Source: a virus
Taxonomy: Duplodnaviria; Caudoviricetes
DNA length: 64,000 bases
Direction: 5' to 3' (one strand)
Virus record (IMG/VR): IMGVR_UViG_3300013383_000002
Span: 32,001 to 96,000 of that record
The notes below the pieces were generated by a model. That model saw nothing but the letters and a program-made list of their open reading frames with translations, ran no database searches and was not told the origin of the DNA. Positions 9,571 to 21,371 of the stretch are shown here, piece by piece. Position 1 is the stretch's first letter; every line of letters begins with the position of its first letter. A program made the translations under genes and the position numbers.

Positions 9571-10699
9571 TTATAAACATCTCCTTTTCATAGTGGACAG
9601 AGATTGTCTCGTAGAACATCTTGAAAAGTTCATAACTCTTTTCACGAATATATATAAAGCTTTTCCGATTTTCTTCAAGGGAAGTTTTTGGAGAGAGAGA
9701 TTTCTCTGTAAAAATTGGACCAGAATTATACTGAGATTTTGCTCTTAGGTAATAATATAATGTGGTCAGTTTTCTATCTTGGCTTTTTTGAAAAAATTCA
9801 TTCCAAAGTCGAAAAAGGTTTTCTAACTCTTGTGAAAATGGAGATTCTCTACCAAGAGTAAGTAGAAAATTTATCTTATGAGTAGATAAGTATAAACACT
9901 GTCTGTATACAATAGGTAGTGTTTCTAGGATTTGTTCATCACAAGATATTGTGGAGAACGGATTGTATATAATCTTCCGTGCAGTTCTAGCAGGGATATC
10001 ATCACATAGTTCTTTTACCATTTTATCAGGCATCAGGCCTTCATATTGAACTTGGAAAATACCTGAAAGAGGCGGAAGACTAAGCCATTCATAGAGTTTT
10101 TCTTTTGTGCTTACAATTGGCGGAAATTTCATCCCAATTGGCAGCACGTGAATTTTTTCAGGATTATTTACACCAAAACGAGAATTAGATAACTCTTTCA
10201 GGAAACTAACAGCTCCTTCAACTTGTCCAAGGTTATAATCATGAAGAATAATACCTGATGTTTTTGGAAGAATCTGCGCTTTGAGTTGCTTTTCCACAAA
10301 GCTATCAATACCATGGCCTTCACGCGAAAGACGTCCATGTCCTGCGCGTAAAATCCTCTTAAAAGTAGCCTCATCTGCTCCAAAGTAATCTTTATACTTT
10401 TCATATGGAGAGAAGTCTGGAATGACGCTCTCAATTTCTTTTGAAAAAGGAATATAGTTTTTTGATGATACAGCGCGGCCACCATATTCTACATTAGGCA
10501 AGAAAAGTTCCTTTGGATATAACTTATCTTCATAATCTTTTCTTACAAAAAAAGAATTATAGCGCTCTGGCTCCAAAATAGGAGCCAAAAGCGTTATGTC
10601 TCTTTTCTTTTTGTAATAAGCAAGGAGCTTCGCGCACTCAAGATTAGGCATCACATTCCAATAATGAAAAAAATCATAATCATGAATTCCAACTATCAT
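9563..10699 (-). CDS. hypothetical protein
   Basis: 378-aa coupled ORF; N-terminal PNLECAKL resembles radical-SAM-associated phage proteins, but no CxxxCxxC motif is present. Confidence 0.7.
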   Translation of the reverse strand: MIVGIHDYDFFHYWNVMPNLECAKLLAYYKKKRDITLLAPILEPERYNSFFVRKDYEDKLYPKELFLPNVEYGGRAVSSKNYIPFSKEIESVIPDFSPYEKYKDYFGADEATFKRILRAGHGRLSREGHGIDSFVEKQLKAQILPKTSGIILHDYNLGQVEGAVSFLKELSNSRFGVNNPEKIHVLPIGMKFPPIVSTKEKLYEWLSLPPLSGIFQVQYEGLMPDKMVKELCDDIPARTARKIIYNPFSTISCDEQILETLPIVYRQCLYLSTHKINFLLTLGRESPFSQELENLFRLWNEFFQKSQDRKLTTLYYYLRAKSQYNSGPIFTEKSLSPKTSLEENRKSFIYIREKSYELFKMFYETISVHYEKEMFIND

Positions 10700-12175
10700 T
10701 CGTCTAACTCCAATCTTGGACGCATTTTTATTTTACCGTCTGGATAAACTTCTTCAATTAGTTCACAAAGATGATAAGGTGTTGCTTTGTATTTCTTCGC
10801 GCGGAAACTATCACCATCGCGGATGCCGCATACTACAATTTTATTTCCGCGCGCGAACATTGATTTCTCAATTACGTGTTTTTTATCATCCGCACCTTTT
10901 TCAGAAATTTGGCGGTCATAGATATTAAAAACTTCACCAAAAATCTTTACAGTCACAACGCCTTCTGGGGTCAAAAGCGTCACCAGTTTCTTCATCTTAT
11001 CGCGGTCGAGAACCGTTCCATAGATACGATGAATTTTGAAGATTGGAACGCGTTTACCTTTGATTTCAAAAACACGTTCAATTTCTGGCTCTTCTGGCAA
11101 CTCAAAGAAATTTGAGAAGCCATAATAAGTGTTATTGACGCGCGCGAGTTCGTGCTCATGGAAATAACAAGAAACGCTATCCATCTCCCATTTACTATTA
11201 TTGCCGAGACAATACTTATTCCAAACATCTTCGGTCAATCGCTTATTTACTGCTTCAAGAAGTTCTTGATTATGGGCTTTTACGTAAGGGCGAACCTTAT
11301 CCATTACTCCATCATAGATCTTCTTCCATACTGTTTGCTTTATCGCAAAACCACTTTCCGCGCGAACGTCCTCAATCAACTTATCAATTGAAAAGTTCTT
11401 ATCAAAAAAGGCCATTGCGATATTATCCAAAAGAAATAAATCATCAACTTTGAATGTTTTTAGATACTTGTTGAAGTTGAAGACACGACAAACAAAATTA
11501 TATTCGTTTGGAATAAGTCCAAAATCAATCAGCATCTTCATATTTTGGAGAGTAATGCGCTTCTTCGCGTCACTAATTATGTTGACGTATTCGTGCATTA
11601 CCTGTTCGCGCGGGCCGAAGCTATCAAAAGCCCCGCACTTTATGAGGTTTACCATTTGAGGTTTATTGATTTTTACTTTGGAGAGGAAGTCGGGGATTGA
11701 GGTGTAAGGACGATTTTCGATTATTTGTTTTACGATATCTTGACCAACTTTTGTAATACCGTTCATGCCAAATCGAATAACTGAGTTTTCAACATCAGGA
11801 GAGAAGGTAAAAGTAGATTTGTTTATATCTGGTGGGACTACCGTAATTCCCGCAGATTGCATTTTTCCAAGCGCCGCGGCAATTTTACCGTAGTTACTTA
11901 CTTTTACTTTTTTCTTCTTTTTAGCTGTTGAAGTTTTATTAGTCTCATCCTCGTCCTCTTCATCTTCTTCGTCGTTGTCATTGCCGAATTCTTCTACACA
12001 ATCGATATATTCTTCTATGGTAATAGTTTCTTCACTTTCATCATCATCTTGTTGCTCGTTGCCGCCACTATCACTAATTAGACAAGCGCAATTCCAAAAT
12101 ATAATTGGAAAGCGATAAGCTAAATTCATTTCTTGTAGGGCTACAAGAGAATATGAAAGAGTGTGCGCACGACAA
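10696..12175 (-). CDS. dnaE: DNA polymerase III alpha, exon 2
   Basis: Splicing gives GYSFCRAHTLSYS; PPDINKS, LIKCGAFD and a C-terminal OB fold follow. Confidence 0.9.
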
Positions 12176-13274
12176 CCTACCGCATATAGTTTCCTATACC
12201 AGATTACTCTGTTGCGGTCTGGACTATACCATCAATTTCATTGTTTCTAATGAAAAAGTCCTTATTATAGTCTCTGAACGTTTTTCTTATTTCGGTGTAT
12301 TTTCTATTCATACCAAAAGGTTTATTATAAACTATAGCAATTAATTTTAGAATATTGAATTGATTAGCCGTTTCAATTCTATATAAATTTCTTCGGTTTT
12401 TCTTGTATGTAAATCTTCCATAAAAAAATTTACTGTTAAAACTTTTTCAATCCTTTTAATAAAGTCAATGGATGCAGAAACTATATAAAATTGAGCGCCG
12501 CCATAAGAGGTTTTGCTAACACAACCATCACCATCTATTATACCACGAATGATATAAGGTAAATATTGTATTTCTTGCTCATAAAGTTGTGGTGCTGGTA
12601 TAACATATGTTTATTTTTATTAAACCATAACGCGCAACTTCGGCCTGAACGCCCGGTCTATTTATCAATACCCTGTATCTTGTTTGCTTTCCAGCTTGAG
12701 GATAGGCTTTATAAGTTGTACCAATTCCTTTAGCTACGAAAGCAATAACATCTTCGTCTACCATATCCAATCCTATACCATCTCGGTCACTTAATAAGTA
12801 TCCATCTGTAAGCATTAGTCCGATTAGATATGCGTCAAACGGGCTTTTAATTTCAGATAATGAATAAGTATATCCTCGACGATTATCTTGAGCCTGTTGT
12901 ATAATATTTTGATATTCGTTCGGATAATATTTCTTTACTTTATCGGTTATAGATTTTTTTTGTCTTATAACCGTACCAACTCATTAGTTCTGAAACTGAC
13001 GCGCCATTCTTGTATTCTTCAACTAATTTTAATTCATCTTCTTTTGATATTTTTGATAACCCATAGTATATCCCTCCTAAAAACAAATAGCCCCGTTTGA
13101 ATAGGAATACACTAAAATAAGAAATTTCGCTGCGGATTATCCAATTCTAAATGATTTTACTGTACCTTCTCTCTTTCTGAGAAGCCACGATATTATCACT
13201 AATATCGTTTAGTTATTTAGACTCTAAGAAACTCCCCGCAATTTCAAGGATTTATACTCGTCTTGTATCAGTTA
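12176..13274 (-). mobile_element. group I intron in dnaE
   Basis: P1 TACTCGTT/GACGAGTA with U.G at the 5' splice site; P4 TTGCGG/CCGCAG; P7 AGACTA/TAGTC; terminal G at 12176; exons sum to 6483 nt, in frame. Confidence 0.9.
12230..13064 (-). pseudogene. frameshifted intron-encoded LAGLIDADG endonuclease
   Basis: YLIGLMLTDG and YIIRGIIDGDG lie in different frames; several 1-nt losses in A runs. Confidence 0.8.
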
Positions 13275-16200
13275 AACGAGTATCCGCGCTGGACTCTCAA
13301 AAGCACGTCCCAAACATAATGAACAAGCTTCATATCGCAATTTTTTTCTTGAGCATTTTCAAAATAAGCCTTTTCGCATTCGTCAAAAAGTTTACCTTGT
13401 TTTTTTGAGATAGCCTTGCGACATTTGTCTGCAAAAGTTAGATTATTACCGCCAAGTCGTTCTTCTTGTAGAAGCTGCATCATTCCCTCTTGGCTTTCGC
13501 AAATGCCATCGGTAATAGCGTTATGTGACATTAGCCAATCTATATTGGCCTGGCTTAGACCATATACTCGCATCTCTCGCTCCCATTCAACGATATTGGA
13601 GCGATATCTTGCCCACATATCAAGAGGCTGTTCAGCGCCTTTTTCTGGAGCCATAAGTCGAATAACAGAGTTCAAAACAGCCAATTCACTAACACTCTTA
13701 GGATGCGTTAGTGCGATGCCATTGATACCACTTTGTTTTTCCATCTGGAAAAGACTTGTAATTTTATGCTCCCAAACCATTTGCCACATCTCTGGGGCGG
13801 TGCGCTCAAGATTATAAATTCCGATAGCCTTTTCGTAAGTTTCTCGTAACGTCGCCTCGGGCTTGATATAGCCATATTCTACCAATAAGTCTAATTCGTT
13901 ATGAATTTTATCTAGGGCCTCAATCGATAACATATCAATCTTGATAAGAGACACATCTTCGCAATCGTGTAGCTCAAAAGCTGTAATAATTGTTCCATCG
14001 GGCGCGCGCATCAAAGCAGTGGAATTGGTGAATGGTTCATCAACAAAGATGACCCCACCTGCATGAATGCCAACTCCGCAAATCAATCCTTCAATCTTTG
14101 AGGCAACTGCCCAAACTTCTGGATAATTCTCTGTCATTTCATAGACGAACTGTCTGATTGGCTTAAAGTCTTTTTCTTCGTCGCCATTCATACATTGTGA
14201 CAAAGTCCGTAATTGTCCTCGGTCAGCTGGAATTAGTCCGGCCAGGTAAGAAGCAATATCAACCTCAATATTGAGGCCGCGACAGTTATGAGATACTATA
14301 TTGTTTAATAAGTAGTTGTGGGCTGAGGTTTCTAAACAAAAAACCTCACCTTTATACTGCTCTTTGGTAATATTTTTGATTTTAATTGGATAATATTTTT
14401 TACCGTCATATTCTATCGGTTTTTGATATTCCCAACCTAAATCTAATGAATGTAAATATTTACTATTATATAAACATTTTGCTGTTTTACCATAGAACAT
14501 TAGATTATAAACAATCTTTTTTTGAGAAGATCGGTTATCTTCGGTAATAACAGGACAGTTATAGCCATTATTCGCTGCAATTTGCCATAGGTCTGTTATG
14601 AGTTGGTAAGATACCGAGGTAATTTTCCCTTCATAACTATAATTTTTTCGTTGCCTGCCATAACCATCTCCGTAATAACAACCATATAGAGTATAAAGTT
14701 GTACCTTAGCGGGTAAATTTTTAATAATACCAACTGTCTTTTTATCACATTTACCGGGAAAATATCTATTGAAAAAACGTCCTAATGGAGTAGAATTCAC
14801 TTGTATTGATAATCCGTGGCTTTCTTGCTTTGGTAAAATGCAAAGATTTTTCTTTTCTATTCCAAAAACATTTTTCAGCAGATAAATAATACGTTCCTTT
14901 AGCCAATTTTCTTCTTGATGAATAGTAAAAGTTATACCATGAAGCTTATGATTGATATTACCTTCAGCCAAATAGATGCCAATAAGCTCACAGAATTCTT
15001 CATCTAGTCGAACTTTATCTTTTATATAAATAACTGACTTATGATAGGGATTTTGTTCTTCGTAAGGAAAAAAGATATAATCCTCAGTATCTTTTTTCTG
15101 ACCATAAATTGGAGATAATAGAAAATCTGTTTCATGTATATCTTCTGCCGTCAACCACTGAACTTGATGATTTTGAATGATAGGACATTCAATAATAGAA
15201 TAGCCATTAACAGCCTTATACTTATACATTGAATTAAAACTACCATTGTATTTATCAGCATAATATTGAGACGCTTGTTTAATACTAGTAAAGGTACCAA
15301 GAACATTACCATAATTATCAATTAGCTGACACTCTTTATAATTTTGACATTTATTTTTTTCTTTCTTTTTACGATTAGTATATACTAGCAATCGATGATT
15401 GTGAGTTACGCTAAAGGGAAGTCCTATACCCGCCGTATCAAAAGTATATAATTCTCCATTGTATTGTCGGTGAGTTGGGACGAGAACCCTTTGTAGTCCT
15501 TCTGTGGTATTTACCATATCTTCGGTAGAAATTTTTTCAATTTCCTTTAGGCCAAAAATAGTATTAACTACAGTTCCGGGTTTTAGACAGGCGGATAAAA
15601 TTGCGGACTTGGATTTTTCAGTCTTGAATGTCGCTACATTGGACACTCTATCTTCACCGTAGAAATCACGAAATTTTTGAAGAACTTGCGCGCGCTTACT
15701 CCCTTCAATATCCGTGTCGCAATCAACAACCGAGGCGCGGTCAGGGTTCAAGAAGCGCCAATGGAAAACCTTTGTTTCTTCAAGAAGTGGGTTTATTTGA
15801 GTGATTCCAAGAACATATAATAGAACAAATCCTGCGCCAGAACCACGGCCAGGGCCGACGAGAGAACCAGCTTCCCAACATAAATCAATATTCTTTTGAA
15901 GGTTTAGATAATATGCGGACCAATGGGCATTATTCTTGATAGAGGAACGCCAAGTATCATCAAGACAAACATTGATTTCTTTATAGGCCTCATCTGTTTG
16001 AAGCCCACGCCGAGTTTTTATTCCATCAATGACTGCCCAAACGAGTTGTCTATCACCGATGTAACTAGAATTATAAAAAGTTTCAAGAAGTGGAATCTTT
16101 TCCCTATAAAAAAGATATTCATCTTCATTTTTAGGATACTCATACCATTCTAGTTCTGGAATTTTTAGTGGCTTTAACAGGCTATAATCTTCACAGACTT

Positions 16201-18277
16201 CTCTAATCTGAAGAATATTCCTATAAGCTTTTTCTAATTGTTCTCTTGAAAAATATCCAAAATAACTTTCAAGCTCTTTCGTATTCATCATATACGTAGA
16301 CGCATAAAAGTCATCAACTTCACGGTCACCATTTTGTGCATTTAGATATGCTCTATGGATGGCGCGGTCTTCTTTCTTTAGATAGTGACTATCAGTCGTA
16401 ATGATATAAGGAATATCTAATTCTTCTGAAAGTTCAAGGAGTTGCTGGTTTACATAAATTTGGTCTTTATTATGACTGGGTTGCATTTCAAAAAAGAAAT
16501 TACCATGGCCAAATAGGTTATCTAGTTGACTAATCCAGTTATAAATTTTTGGTAAAAGTTCTGGTTCAACTTTCGCATGAAGAAGCTGAGTAGGAAGGCA
16601 GCCACCTAGACAGTTATGGACAATAACATTTTCACATTTAAAGGAGTGTGTAGTATTATTTAGACAATAAACTATTTCATTCATCGTAATCTTTGTCTTT
16701 GACTTTATTCGTACTTTTCGATACCAAGTATTATCAATGAAAATATAGTCAGTCTGTTTTATAGTTTTAGCTTGTGAAAAAATTTGACATACTTCTTGAT
16801 GTGAATAAGCCTGTAATTTTTTTATTACACCCAAAATACTATTACTACCCTCCACATACCAAGCATTTTGATGATGAACCCCATCTTTGCCAGTACGTAC
16901 CTTAGCTAGAGAAATCCCTGAGGTGATATGTAATTGATTTAGAATTTCATAAATATCATAAGATAATTGTTTGGAAATAGAGGCGCTAACAAATTCTCCG
17001 CAAGCATATTTTACAAGATTACCAGGTTTTCTAATTCGAAAATATCCATCAGCCAAGAAATATCCAAAAACTAATTCATAATCAAGTTCTTCAGAAATTC
17101 TAAGGCGTTCTGGAACTTTTTTTGTATCAGCTTTTACATCTCCGAATAAATAGAAAAATAAATCAATAAATTCTCTACTTGAACATGAAATATCTACTCG
17201 ATGATTATCTGGTCGTGCAGATACAGACCATTCAATACCTAATTGCTGACTTGCTGGTAAAATAAAAGAATTGTAATAAATAGGAAATTCTTTTTCATTG
17301 AAAGTAAACTTTATATTTGGATTCTTTTTTAGTGTGATGCATCCATCTCCTAAAAATAAACCGAAAAGTCGCATCAACTCAGGTGTTATTTCTATTCTAT
17401 CGGGTAAAATATATTTCTTATAAGATAATTCCGAAGAAGACCAAGAGTGTAAAAATTCAGTTTTTTCTATAAAAGGGCTACTTTTATAGTCGTAAGAACA
17501 GGGCAGTAAGCACATATGCTTAGTCCCACCCTTTTTAGTAATAAGTTCTTCAGCTGAGACCCATCGAGGAGTTTTCTTATTATTACTAATGACTAAAAAT
17601 TGATGATTACCAGTACAATAGATAGGTGAAGGATTACCACCTAAAATAATTTCGTAGCCATCGCCAATATAATTTCTACTAGTCGGCTCAATTACTTTTT
17701 CCCATTCTCCATAACGATTTATAACAAGGTCGCCTGACTGTATATCTTCAATATTTTTCCAGCCCTGCCTAGTTTCAATTTGAGTACCAGCTCGAAAACA
17801 CGCTGTCGAACCAATAACATGGCCGGGATTAGCGCCAATAATTTCAAATAAATCGTTATAATAGGTTGGAACGCGTCTCATGCCCCGCGCCATATAACTA
17901 CGAAGCCATGCACGAGTAGAAAGTTCTCTAATTTGTTGATGTCCAATTGCGTCTTTTGCCAGGAGAATAAAGTGATAATACTTATCTTGACCCGCTTTAT
18001 AGTTAGACGCGTTGAGGCCATTACGGCAGAGATAGATTTCGTTTCCTAAAATAAGTTTGAAGTCTGGATTCTTTTCTTTTATCTTTTGGTAATATTTTTC
18101 CGCGCGGACTGCGCCAGAGACGGTTTCATGGTCAGTAATGGCTACTACTTGGTGCCCTAGTTCAATCGCATAATTGATTAAGTCTTCGGTCTTGATGATA
18201 CAGTCACGGAGACGCTCATTTGACCAGTCAAGGTGATTATGCAGAGAACCAGGGTAACTTAGTTTTCGTTCGTCCAT
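13275..18277 (-). CDS. dnaE: DNA polymerase III alpha, exon 1 (contains two inteins)
   Basis: PHP motifs (LHNH, AITDHE, TDSHY), GPGRGSG, DCDTD, GIHAGGV, KIDML, LFQME. Confidence 0.95.
14285..15589 (-). mobile_element. intein 2 of DnaE with LAGLIDADG endonuclease (435 aa)
   Basis: ILSA|CLKPGT...IVSHN|CRG; LIGIYLAEG and YGCYYGDG motifs. Confidence 0.92.
16613..17800 (-). mobile_element. intein 1 of DnaE (PHP domain) with LAGLIDADG endonuclease (396 aa)
   Basis: GSTA|CFRAGT...VIVHN|CLGG; LFGLFLGDG and FGYFLADG motifs. Confidence 0.92.
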
Positions 18278-18299
18278 CTCTTACCTCCTGTTCTATTTA

Positions 18300-18587
18300 C
18301 TAATTATATGACAAATCTTTATCTGGAAATACGTTCTTTATTCTAGCTCTATCTTCATGCTCAGCTATATCAAAAAATCCCCAACCTTTATGAAGGCTCA
18401 TTACCCCAATAATTTCCCATGGAAACTCACTAATCAAATAATAATATTCATCCATTTGAATTCTATCGTAAGTTCCTTCGTCCTCAAATAGAATATATTG
18501 TTTAATATCCTCTAAGGTATGAAGTGTGCCAGGAAGTGAAGCTACTAGTTCTTTTTTGAAGCCGTCTATTTTATAAATTCCTATCAT
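18300..18587 (-). CDS. hypothetical protein
   Basis: ATG at 18587 overlaps the methyltransferase stop; GGAGG RBS. Confidence 0.65.
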   Translation of the reverse strand: MIGIYKIDGFKKELVASLPGTLHTLEDIKQYILFEDEGTYDRIQMDEYYYLISEFPWEIIGVMSLHKGWGFFDIAEHEDRARIKNVFPDKDLSYN

Positions 18588-19378
18588 TATTTCCCCTCCC
18601 ATTGCTCTTTTAGCCATTTGCGTAATCTCCATGCTGGCAAATTTGGAGAAGCAACACATTGAAGAAGTTCTTTATAATCACATTCCTTTAGCTTTTCTTG
18701 TAACCAATCTTTTATATCACTATCGCACTTGAAGACTACTTCATTCGGGCATGTTTCATCTTTATTGAGTAAACGAATTGTCCCCCAGGCCGCAACACGA
18801 AAATCCCAAGGATAATTCAATATATCATCCGGATGTTTATATTTTCCAGTCCGAAAAATATGCCTGCACTCTAAAATGCCAGGAATATCATAATTTTGCT
18901 TATGGCCATTTTTACAATAATGATAAATGTTTAAACAGCAATGGACTCTTCTCCCGCTGTAAGGCAGTGTTCCTAAATCTTCGCTATATAGTAACTCTGT
19001 ATCCTTCATTGTTCGATTTTGATTTAGTTGACTGATTGGTTGGATAAGAGAAATATATGGCGAATGAGTTAATGAAACTTTTACGAACTGAACAGAAAGC
19101 TTGTTCGCCCTGCCAAAAGGAGGGTTGCCAATTACTAAAGATTTGTCCATGTAGGGGAGCCTTACTTCTCGATAATCAGCCTGAACAATATTCGGCGCTT
19201 CTGGAAGAATATCATAGGCTAATGTTTCTTCCGGTAAATATTTCAAATATGCTCCCGCCCCCGCAGAAGGTTCAATAATTCTAACCCAATCAGTGCCAAG
19301 AATTTCAAAAGTTTTTTCAACACAGTATTTAGCTATACTGTCTTCAGTATAATATTTATCATTTGCTATTTTTCCCAT
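18587..19378 (-). CDS. amino (N6-adenine-type) DNA methyltransferase
   Basis: YYT, IIEPSAGAG (SAM binding) and GNPPF (catalytic) motifs. Confidence 0.85.
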   Translation of the reverse strand: MGKIANDKYYTEDSIAKYCVEKTFEILGTDWVRIIEPSAGAGAYLKYLPEETLAYDILPEAPNIVQADYREVRLPYMDKSLVIGNPPFGRANKLSVQFVKVSLTHSPYISLIQPISQLNQNRTMKDTELLYSEDLGTLPYSGRRVHCCLNIYHYCKNGHKQNYDIPGILECRHIFRTGKYKHPDDILNYPWDFRVAAWGTIRLLNKDETCPNEVVFKCDSDIKDWLQEKLKECDYKELLQCVASPNLPAWRLRKWLKEQWEGK

Positions 19379-19379
19379 A

Positions 19380-19895
19380 TCATACCTCTAAAAATTTATT
19401 CAAATCAGAAAAAGTCATAAAACGGTAATGAGAGAAGGATAGTCTATTCTTCTTCGTCGAACCCGAAATAGTATAGCATCCTTCTTCGGTCCGAGAGTGT
19501 TGCTTACTTTTAGAAAATAATTGTTCATTTATAATATCTCCGCTAGGGATAAAAAATATTTCTTCTCCACCCTTTTCAGTGTCATAATTGACAAAAAGAA
19601 AATACTCACACTCATAAGGGTGGCATTGGTTATAAGTAATTGTTTTTAATGGAAGTCGCGCGGATTTTACTTCTACTCTGCCATATTTTTCAGAAAACAT
19701 ATCGTGGCCAGCAGAATTATCTTTTCTCAGGGCTGGAACTTTACTAAGAATATATGGCTCGCTCCATTCTTCCCCAAAAGCTTTATTAGATAAACTTTTT
19801 AAATTTCCATAAGGATTTAATTCAGAAATTCTTTTTTCACACTCAGTAATAATTTGTCTAAGCTCTGAAATAGAAGTAATATTTGATAAATCCAT
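19380..19895 (-). CDS. PD-(D/E)XK nuclease, restriction-endonuclease-like
   Basis: GHD...VEVKSAR; 1 bp from the methyltransferase; own promoter at ~19928-19957. Confidence 0.6.
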   Translation of the reverse strand: MDLSNITSISELRQIITECEKRISELNPYGNLKSLSNKAFGEEWSEPYILSKVPALRKDNSAGHDMFSEKYGRVEVKSARLPLKTITYNQCHPYECEYFLFVNYDTEKGGEEIFFIPSGDIINEQLFSKSKQHSRTEEGCYTISGSTKKNRLSFSHYRFMTFSDLNKFLEV

Positions 19896-19945
19896 AAGAA
19901 AAAAGTCCTTTCCAATTTCTTATCTATATTATATCACAACTTCTT

Positions 19946-20416
19946 CTAAAAAGCAAATCTGCTATCTTCAATTTCCAAATCAGTTATGAAAATTTGTGGC
20001 GTTATTTTTCCACCCCACTCGTTGAGATTTGGTTTGCCAACCAAAGTAATATCCATATCTCCGGGAAAATTCTTCAATTCCTCGATCAAATCTTTTGCGC
20101 GGAATTTTACATAAGTAATTCCATTCTTCTCAATTCGTAAAGTATCTAAATTCTTTCCAATAATCTTTACGTCACTTTGTGACACATTCAAATTAGTAAT
20201 TACCATAACTGGCTCTTCATTTTGTGGGCCATAAACCTGCTCAATCGAACAAAGCTCTTCAATTGCTTCCCCGATTTTAGGGTCGTTCGCGCGCATTACC
20301 AAGTCTACATCATAATAATTTTCGCCAAAATCAATTTTTGAAAGTTCTCTATTGGCGATTTCATGGAACTTTGGTAAATTTTTGTCGAGAATGCTAATAC
20401 CAAAAGCGCCATCATG
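19946..20416 (-). CDS. recJ: RecJ-like ssDNA exonuclease, exon 2
   Basis: Splicing restores the DHHA1 motif LG|HDGAFG; YGPQNEEP; NEWGG..TPQ OB fold. Confidence 0.88.
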   Translation of the reverse strand, partial: HDGAFGISILDKNLPKFHEIANRELSKIDFGENYYDVDLVMRANDPKIGEAIEELCSIEQVYGPQNEEPVMVITNLNVSQSDVKIIGKNLDTLRIEKNGITYVKFRAKDLIEELKNFPGDMDITLVGKPNLNEWGGKITPQIFITDLEIEDSRFAF

Positions 20417-21371
20417 CGGTTATCCTCTATTTCTAAAGGGCCTGACTATTTTTTACATAGAATTTCTATGAACATCCATTTCAAGCAACGTATCAATAGT
20501 TGCTTTACTCTCCGAAGTGGAGATAGTCGATACAGGTTTCTTGACTTAGAATTTTTTTATTATATTCTTTATTTGCTCTAATTGGATATTTGAGCCGTTC
20601 GTCAAAATGATTGTTCCCTTGGTTTATCATTTTAGCAGAAGACCTGTTCCATCCAACTTTTGCTCCAATATGATTTAGAGGAATGTCAGAACTACAGCAA
20701 AGCCATTGTATATACAAAGCTCGATATTCATCTAATTCCTTTTCTGAAGGACGAAGTGGATAAATCAATTCTTCTTTTCTCCAAGAGCCGCCCTCTTTGA
20801 TATGGCGGAAGATATTTGAGGTAATTCCCCTCGTCTTTATAATCGTTTTAGCAGGAATTCTCCAATCTAGCATATCTTGAATAACCTTATCAGCAATTTC
20901 TTGCGTAATAGCACTATTTGGATTATTTCCTGCTCTCATAATTGAAGGTTCTTCTCCACCATCTTGAACGTTATATCCATTTGGTACTTTTGAGTTATAT
21001 AGAATAATATATTCTCGTTCTTTTTCATTATAATTTTCAAACCAGCCCAAAATTTCAAAAGTAAAATTTTCTGCTCCATATTTTCTCAAAGCTCTATGAA
21101 TAGGACAATTTTTCTCATTATGACCATTGATATGCTGGCCCCATCTGACTTTTGGATTTTTTGCTTGCCCAATATAAATTTTATGATTGATTTTATTTTC
21201 TATTTTATAAATAGCTTTTATCATTTTATTCACCTCCCTATATCTAAGAATAATTCTAAGTCAAGTTTCCCACGAGATTACCACCACCATTACGTGCTGT
21301 GGCTTCCTCGTTAGCCATTCTAAAACAACCCCGCTGATGAAACGGAAAAGATGTTACGGGCCATATTATCG
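20417..21371 (-). mobile_element. group I intron in recJ
   Basis: P1 GGGT/GCCC (U.G), P4 ACGAG/CTCGT, P7 CGACTA/TAGTC, terminal G; exons total 1719 nt, in frame. Confidence 0.9.
20505..21233 (-). CDS. intron-encoded GIY-YIG homing endonuclease
   Basis: AIYKIEN..N.KIYIGQA...RW..H, E.EYI, NGYN. Confidence 0.9.
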   Translation of the reverse strand: MNKMIKAIYKIENKINHKIYIGQAKNPKVRWGQHINGHNEKNCPIHRALRKYGAENFTFEILGWFENYNEKEREYIILYNSKVPNGYNVQDGGEEPSIMRAGNNPNSAITQEIADKVIQDMLDWRIPAKTIIKTRGITSNIFRHIKEGGSWRKEELIYPLRPSEKELDEYRALYIQWLCCSSDIPLNHIGAKVGWNRSSAKMINQGNNHFDERLKYPIRANKEYNKKILSQETCIDYLHFGE

